This document shows positions 58,440-64,000 of a stretch of DNA of 64,000 nt, in pieces. Under the pieces are notes generated by a model. It was not told where the DNA came from, made no database searches, and saw only the letters and a list, made by a program, of their open reading frames with translations. Location: contig NIVC01001894.1 of NCBI GenBank assembly GCA_002269645.1, positions 194,843-258,842 of the forward strand. The letters are read 5' to 3'. A program made the position numbers and the translations under genes. Source of the DNA: Macrostomum lignano. Taxonomy: Eukaryota. Numbering within the stretch: position 1 is the stretch's first letter; each line of letters starts with the position of its first letter.

Positions 58440-60470
58440 ATGCAGCAGCAGCGGCAGGCTAGCAGCAGCATGATGAGTCAGAAGCAGCCGCAGCTGCAGC
58501 AGGCGCTGACGCCTAGCCGGTCCTATCTAATGGCCGGCAGCGCGTCGCCTGCACCGCCGCAGTCGCCAGCGTCGCTCAATACGCCGCTGAGCAAATCCGG
58601 CAGCGGCGAAGGTGGTCGAAGCGGCGGCGGCGGCAAGTCGGAGACAAAAGTGCCAAAGCCGCCGAAGCCGCCAGAGAAGCCGCTGGTGCCCTACATGCGC
58701 TACAGTAGACGTGTCTGGGAGCGAGTTAAGCTGGATAATCCAAACCTCAAGCTGTGGGAGGTTGGCAAAATTATTGGCCAAATGTGGCGCGAACTTGGCG
58801 ACGATGAGAAGCAGGAATTTGTAGAGGAATACGAGGCCGACAAGGCCCAGTATAGCGAGGTGCTCCGCCAGTACCACAACTCGCCGCAGTACCTGGCCTG
58901 GCTAGCCGTCAAAGAGCGGGCCGAGCGCCTTGCCGAGGAGGATGCGGCCAATGCCGCCTCGGCCAACGCAACGGCAGCCGCCGCCATAGCCGCAAAGCGC
59001 GAGGGCCGAGGGCACCACCATCATAACTCTATGGACCATAATCAGCTCGGCGACCATCCCGACGCCGACGGTGGCCACCGCTCCGGTGACCCCGGCTGGG
59101 CACTCGGCGTCAACGGCTTTCTATGGGACGACGAACTGGACGAGGCCTGGTCGATTCGGCACGCCGCCACGGTGCGCTATCGTAGGAATCACCGCCTACT
59201 GCTTGACGTGCTGTCCGAAGCTCGCGTCCCAGACGGCCGTCAACTGGTGCCGCCAGCCCGGGTTCACAGTCTCAGACGGCAGTGCGAGTCGCTTGAGGCG
59301 CACAATTCCCGATTGTCCACCGAGCTTGCCGCTTTAGAGACTCAACACGGCGAGCGTCGGGCTCAGATGCAACGCTGGACTGAGAGATTTCGCCAGGCTA
59401 TGCGAGACTCTTTGGAGGCAAAGCCTAAGCCTGACTTTGCCAAGCTGCTCGCTCGAGCTCAGGAAGACGCTGCGGCTGGTCGGCTTGGCAACGAGGATGC
59501 GAGATTAGCGCCGCTTCAGCCCATCGCTACCACGAGTGTTTCCCCACCACCGCCGCCGCCGCCGCCGCCGCAGCAGCAGCAGCAGCCTCTAGCGCCGCCG
59601 TTACCGTCGTCGCCCCAGCAGCAGCAGCAGCCAATGATGCAGGATTCGCGCCAATCGGCTCCTGTTCCAGCTCCTCACCAGCCTCATCATCTTCAACAGC
59701 AGCAACAGTTGCTTCCTCCGCCGCCCCCGCCGCCCCCGCCGCCTCCACCCGTTTCGGAGTCTTCGAAGCCGCCTGCTAAACGGCGAAAAAAGAAAAAGAA
59801 AAAGGAACCAACTCCGCCGCCGCTTGCGCAAGCGGCTTCTCAGCAGCAGCAGCAGCCAGCCCCAAATTCGTCTCTTGGGCCTCCGCCTGCAAAGTCGCCG
59901 TCAGCCAAGTCGCATCACGGCACTCCTAAACAGCAGCAGCAGCATCATCAGCCAGATCATCCAGCCTCCGATTCGATCCCGCCACCTTCTGGCTACCCTC
60001 CTCCGCAGCACCCAATGACCTCCCAGCCACCACCTGGCCATTTCGGTCCGCCGCCGCCCTCGCCCTCGTCGCACGCTGGCGGACCGCCGCCGCCCCCGCC
60101 GCCGACTCACTTTGGCGGCCAACCGCGCGGCGGCTACGGGGCGCCACCAGGCGGCGGAGGCTATGGCGGCCCGCCTTACATGGCCCCGCCAGGCCCGGCC
60201 TATTACCAGCAGCCGCAGCAGCCCTATGGATACGATCCCTCTGCTGGTTATCTGTCCATGCCTCCGCCGCCTCCGCCACCGCCTCCACACGGGGCTTATC
60301 AGCATCATCAGCAGATGCACATGCAGCACCAGCAGCAGCCGCCGCCGCCGCCGCAGCAACAGCCGCCTCAGCAGCATGCGCCTCCACAGGCGGGCGGACA
60401 ACCCTACGTTGGTGGGCCTCCTGGCGTGATGATGCATCATCACCACACACCGTTTCCTCACAACTGCTGA
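58440..60470 (+). CDS. SMARCE1: SMARCE1/BAF57 (SWI/SNF HMG-box subunit), intronless, 676 aa with long Pro/Gln-rich tail
   Basis: KPPKPPEKPLVPYMRYSRRVW...KLWEVGKIIGQMWREL HMG box; RYRRNHRLL (NHRLI motif) and coiled coil RRQCESLEAHNSRL. Confidence 0.95.
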   Translation: MQQQRQASSSMMSQKQPQLQQALTPSRSYLMAGSASPAPPQSPASLNTPLSKSGSGEGGRSGGGGKSETKVPKPPKPPEKPLVPYMRYSRRVWERVKLDNPNLKLWEVGKIIGQMWRELGDDEKQEFVEEYEADKAQYSEVLRQYHNSPQYLAWLAVKERAERLAEEDAANAASANATAAAAIAAKREGRGHHHHNSMDHNQLGDHPDADGGHRSGDPGWALGVNGFLWDDELDEAWSIRHAATVRYRRNHRLLLDVLSEARVPDGRQLVPPARVHSLRRQCESLEAHNSRLSTELAALETQHGERRAQMQRWTERFRQAMRDSLEAKPKPDFAKLLARAQEDAAAGRLGNEDARLAPLQPIATTSVSPPPPPPPPPQQQQQPLAPPLPSSPQQQQQPMMQDSRQSAPVPAPHQPHHLQQQQQLLPPPPPPPPPPPPVSESSKPPAKRRKKKKKKEPTPPPLAQAASQQQQQPAPNSSLGPPPAKSPSAKSHHGTPKQQQQHHQPDHPASDSIPPPSGYPPPQHPMTSQPPPGHFGPPPPSPSSHAGGPPPPPPPTHFGGQPRGGYGAPPGGGGYGGPPYMAPPGPAYYQQPQQPYGYDPSAGYLSMPPPPPPPPPHGAYQHHQQMHMQHQQQPPPPPQQQPPQQHAPPQAGGQPYVGGPPGVMMHHHHTPFPHNC

Positions 60471-60739
60471 TGTAAATTGCTATTTTTACTAAATTATTAT
60501 TAATATTATTATTAATTCATCTTTTTGATATGATTTTATTATACGCCTTGTAACAATTTTTGCCCTATTTTTTTAATTTGTGTCACCCGTCTACCGTGTT
60601 GTGTGGTTTTTATTCTTCCATATGGAAAGCCATATTTGTGTGTACAAATCTATGCTCAATGATCTACAGAACCGCAGTACCATCCTAAACAGTTAGTGTT
60701 GTCTTTTTTATCACTGTCTGCTTTGCCCTCATGTAGATC

Positions 60740-61710
60740 ATATGCAATTTATTCCCCACTTGGGCCCGGGCTGTAGACTATAGAAACATATTTATTCCCC
60801 TATTAGGCCCGGCCATAGACTACAGAAACGTATTTATTCCCCACTTGGGCCAGGCCATAGACTACAGAAACGTATTTATTCCCCACTTGGGCCAGGCCAT
60901 AGACTACAGAAACATATTTATTCCCCACTTGGGCCAGGCCATAGACTACAGAAACGTATTTATTACCCACTTGGGCCAGGCCATAGACTACAGAAACGTA
61001 TTTATTACCCACTTGGGCCAGGCCATAGACTACAGAAACGTATTTATTCCCCACTTGGGCCAGGCCATAGACTACAGAAACGTATTTATTACCCACTTGG
61101 GCCCGGCCATAGACTACAGAAACATATTTATTCCCCACTTGGGCCAGGCCATAGACTACAGAAACGTATTTATTCCCCACTTGGGCCAGGCCATAGACTA
61201 CAGAAACGTATTTATTACCCACTTGGGCCCAGCCATAGACTACAGAAACGTATTTATTCCCCACTTAAGCCGGGCCATATACTACAGAAACGTATTTATT
61301 CCCCACTTGGGCCAGGCCATAGACTACAGAAACGTATTTATTCCCCACTTGGGCCAGGCCATAGACTACAGAAACGTATTTATTCCCCACTTGGGCCAGG
61401 CCATAGACTACAGAAACGTATTTATTCCCCACTTGGGCCAGGCCATAGACTACAGAAACATATTTATTCCCCACTTGGGCCAGGCCATAGACTACAGAAA
61501 CGTATTTATTACCCACTTGGGCCAGGCCATAGACTACAGAAACGTATTTAGTCCCCACTTGGGCCCGACCATAGACTACAGAAACGTATTTATTCCCCAC
61601 TTGGGCCAGGCCATAGACTACAGAAACGTATTTAGTCCCCACTTGGGCCCGACCATAGACTACAGAAACTTATTTATTCCTTTATTAGGCCCGGCCATAG
61701 ACTACAGGAA
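60740..61710. repeat. 42-bp minisatellite (CCCCACTTGGGCCAGGCCATAGACTACAGAAACGTATTTATT)n
   Basis: About 23 copies. Confidence 0.96.
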
Positions 61711-63075
61711 CGTGTTTATTAGCCTTTTGTTTATCTAAGTGTGGAATAAATATCCATACGCGTGGCCGAAGCCGTTCGCGGCCACAAATTAAGCAAGCGC
61801 GGGGAATAACTTGTACTTATTGGCGTTATATAGCTCATGCTACATAGGAAATCAATGTTTTACACATTTTTGCGTGTGTATATATAATTACTAGGTATTA
61901 AAGTTCCTGGTGAATAGATTAAAATGACCGGCGTCAGCTTTTTAAAAGATCAGTTTTATTACCTTTCTGTGTACATGTTGTTGTTAAGCCTGGAATAAAT
62001 TAAACTAGTGCTGGTACTGTTTTTAGTCTGTGTTGTTTGCCGGAAAAAATTCTCTGCAAATTGGCCACGTAATAATAATAATAAATTCAAATAATGCAGT
62101 TTAATTTGCGTGTTTGTTTTGTTAATAAATTAGAAAATGCAGCTTAGTTAAATGCTGTCCCTGTCTGCAATTATTATATATTAATTATAATGTCATTTGT
62201 CATTTCTACTTCCATTGCTCTTGTAGTTTTCTATATTGATAATGTTTTAACTTTTTGCCCCGCCGGCAATCTGTAAGCCTGATTTGCTTAATCTCAAATA
62301 TAGTTATTTATTTAATCTCCCCTTATTTTTGTTTTTGCATGCTGAATTTAAGAAAAAAATTTTTTTTGATACGGTTTACTAATGATTGTTGTATGCGCTT
62401 GCTTGCAACTTGGTTATTAATTTTTATAATTCTGTTTGCATATTTTATGTCGCACAGCGCAATGACTACTGTACAGATTTCAGCACGCGTATATATTATA
62501 TATAGTTATAATCTCGCTCTATTTATACATTTTTGTCATTTTTTAATCCGAACCAACTCTCTCTGAACAGCTGACATTTTAGTATTACTTAATACTAATA
62601 TATACGCTACTATGAACTCTGGCAACTTTTCTATCGTCACGAGCCTTCTAGTTAGTTATTATATCTCTAGTAGCATATCCGATGACCAGTCTGTCTATAT
62701 TTTTTGTGCCCCATCTGCAACACGATTCTATCATAATAAAGTCACTCTTGCTTATTAAAAGTCAAAAACATTCGTTTAAAACCTTTAATTACTAATCATT
62801 TCCTCTGCTAAGCGTTATTATAAAACAAACTGATTGTGACGTATGTAAAGGATGTCTATTAGGCTACACATTAGTTTTAATCGATAGTAGAGCTAATCAA
62901 GATGGTAACTTATTAGTCAACGATAAACATTTACAGGGCAGTGCGCAGTACTATATGTTTTTGCGTATTTATGATTCAGCTTGGCATGATACTTAATTTG
63001 GCTATGGTAACTAATGACGCAGCTCTACTGTAGGTACGCAGAAATGATAAGCATGTAAATCTATATTAAGGTAAT

Positions 63076-63954
63076 TCACACAGTGGCCTCGAGCAGGTCA
63101 ATACCAGGCATTGACAACGCCAGGTCTCCATTCTCTTGCTTCTTCGTATTCAAGACTGGCGGCTCGCTACTGGCGATGAGGCCCAGATTCATACTACTGC
63201 TGGTCACCAGCTGGGTGCCCTCGACCAGCAGGAAGCTGGCGTGCAGGTTCTGCACACTTCGCATGGTCTCCTGCAGCTCACTCTTGTTGGCCTCCTGGCG
63301 CTGGCTGAACCGCGGCAGGAGCAGGATGCTGAAGATGACGGAGCTCAGAGCGAAGAGGCCGCCGCCCACAGCGAACGGGAGCAGGTACTTGGTGCTGGGG
63401 CTGTACAGGGAGGCTGCGAGCGGTGACCCTACGCAGGTACTGATTCCCCTGGCCAGAGTGATGAGGCCAAAAGCGCTGGTTAGGTTGTCTAGGCCAACTA
63501 GGCGGCACAGAATCTCCGAGGTGAGGGTGATGAAGGGGGCCAGAGTGACGCCGAGCGCCGTGTAGATGGCAATCAGCATCGGGAAGCTGGTTGAGTAGTT
63601 GAGCACCAGCACCAGGACTGCGCTGAAGAACAGCGAGACATTGTTGACGAGCAGGGGCGACACCTTCGGGTTGCCGGCGGCCCATCCGACCAGAATGCGG
63701 CTGAGGGTGTTGGCGCTGCGAAGGCTGTATTCAGGTACTTGGACTCGCCGTCAGAGACTCCAGCCTCGCGGGCAAAGTCGTTTACAAAAAATAGGGGAAT
63801 GTAGAAAGCGAGCATTGTGGCTAGATTGCTCAGCCACACTATTAGATAGCTGGTGTCCTTCATCAGTGACACGTCAGTCATCATGAGAAACGCGTCACAA
63901 ATCGGCTTGGGCAGGCATCTGCCTTCCTCGCGCTTTCGGTATCCGCTTCTTTTC
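63076..63954 (-). CDS. Monocarboxylate transporter (SLC16/MCT, MFS) terminal exon, TM7-TM12, with a 1-nt frameshift near 63718; gene continues beyond window
   Basis: DVSLMKDTSYLIVWLSNLATMLAFYIPLFF, ANTLSRILVGW, LVGLDNLTSAFGLITLARGISTCVGSPLA. Confidence 0.85.
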
Positions 63955-64000
63955 CTGATTCAGCTGTGTTGTTTATTAACCTGGGATAAGCAGGCTCTCC

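Overview
Eukaryotic (animal) genomic DNA. GC-rich exons with Ala/Ser/Gln runs, minisatellite-filled GT-AG introns and a two-domain small HSP suggest a free-living flatworm such as Macrostomum (inference, not verified). Genes reconstructed by hand with frame-consistent splice phases: a METTL25B/RRNAD1-like methyltransferase (-), NSUN4 (5 exons, -), a two-alpha-crystallin-domain sHSP with a classic HSE/TATA promoter (+), a cationic secreted ependymin-related protein (-), a 17-exon plexin of about 2190 aa (-), an intronless SMARCE1/BAF57 (+) and the last exon of an SLC16/MCT transporter with a 1-nt frameshift (-). Also present are a decayed PIWI-domain fragment, about 25 mini/microsatellites, several DNA-transposon relics (MULE with 9-bp TSD, nested 8-bp-TSD elements, an 18-bp hAT remnant) and a CORE-type SINE. 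The most unusual signals are (i) sharply bounded CpG-desert, TpA-rich blocks with direct evidence of heavy C-to-T decay, and (ii) a near-abutting NSUN4-METTL25B arrangement that looks dicistronic. Most long ORFs in the supplied track are artefacts of stop-free tandem repeats or antisense GC-rich coding DNA. No CRISPR array, rRNA or intact tRNA gene was seen.
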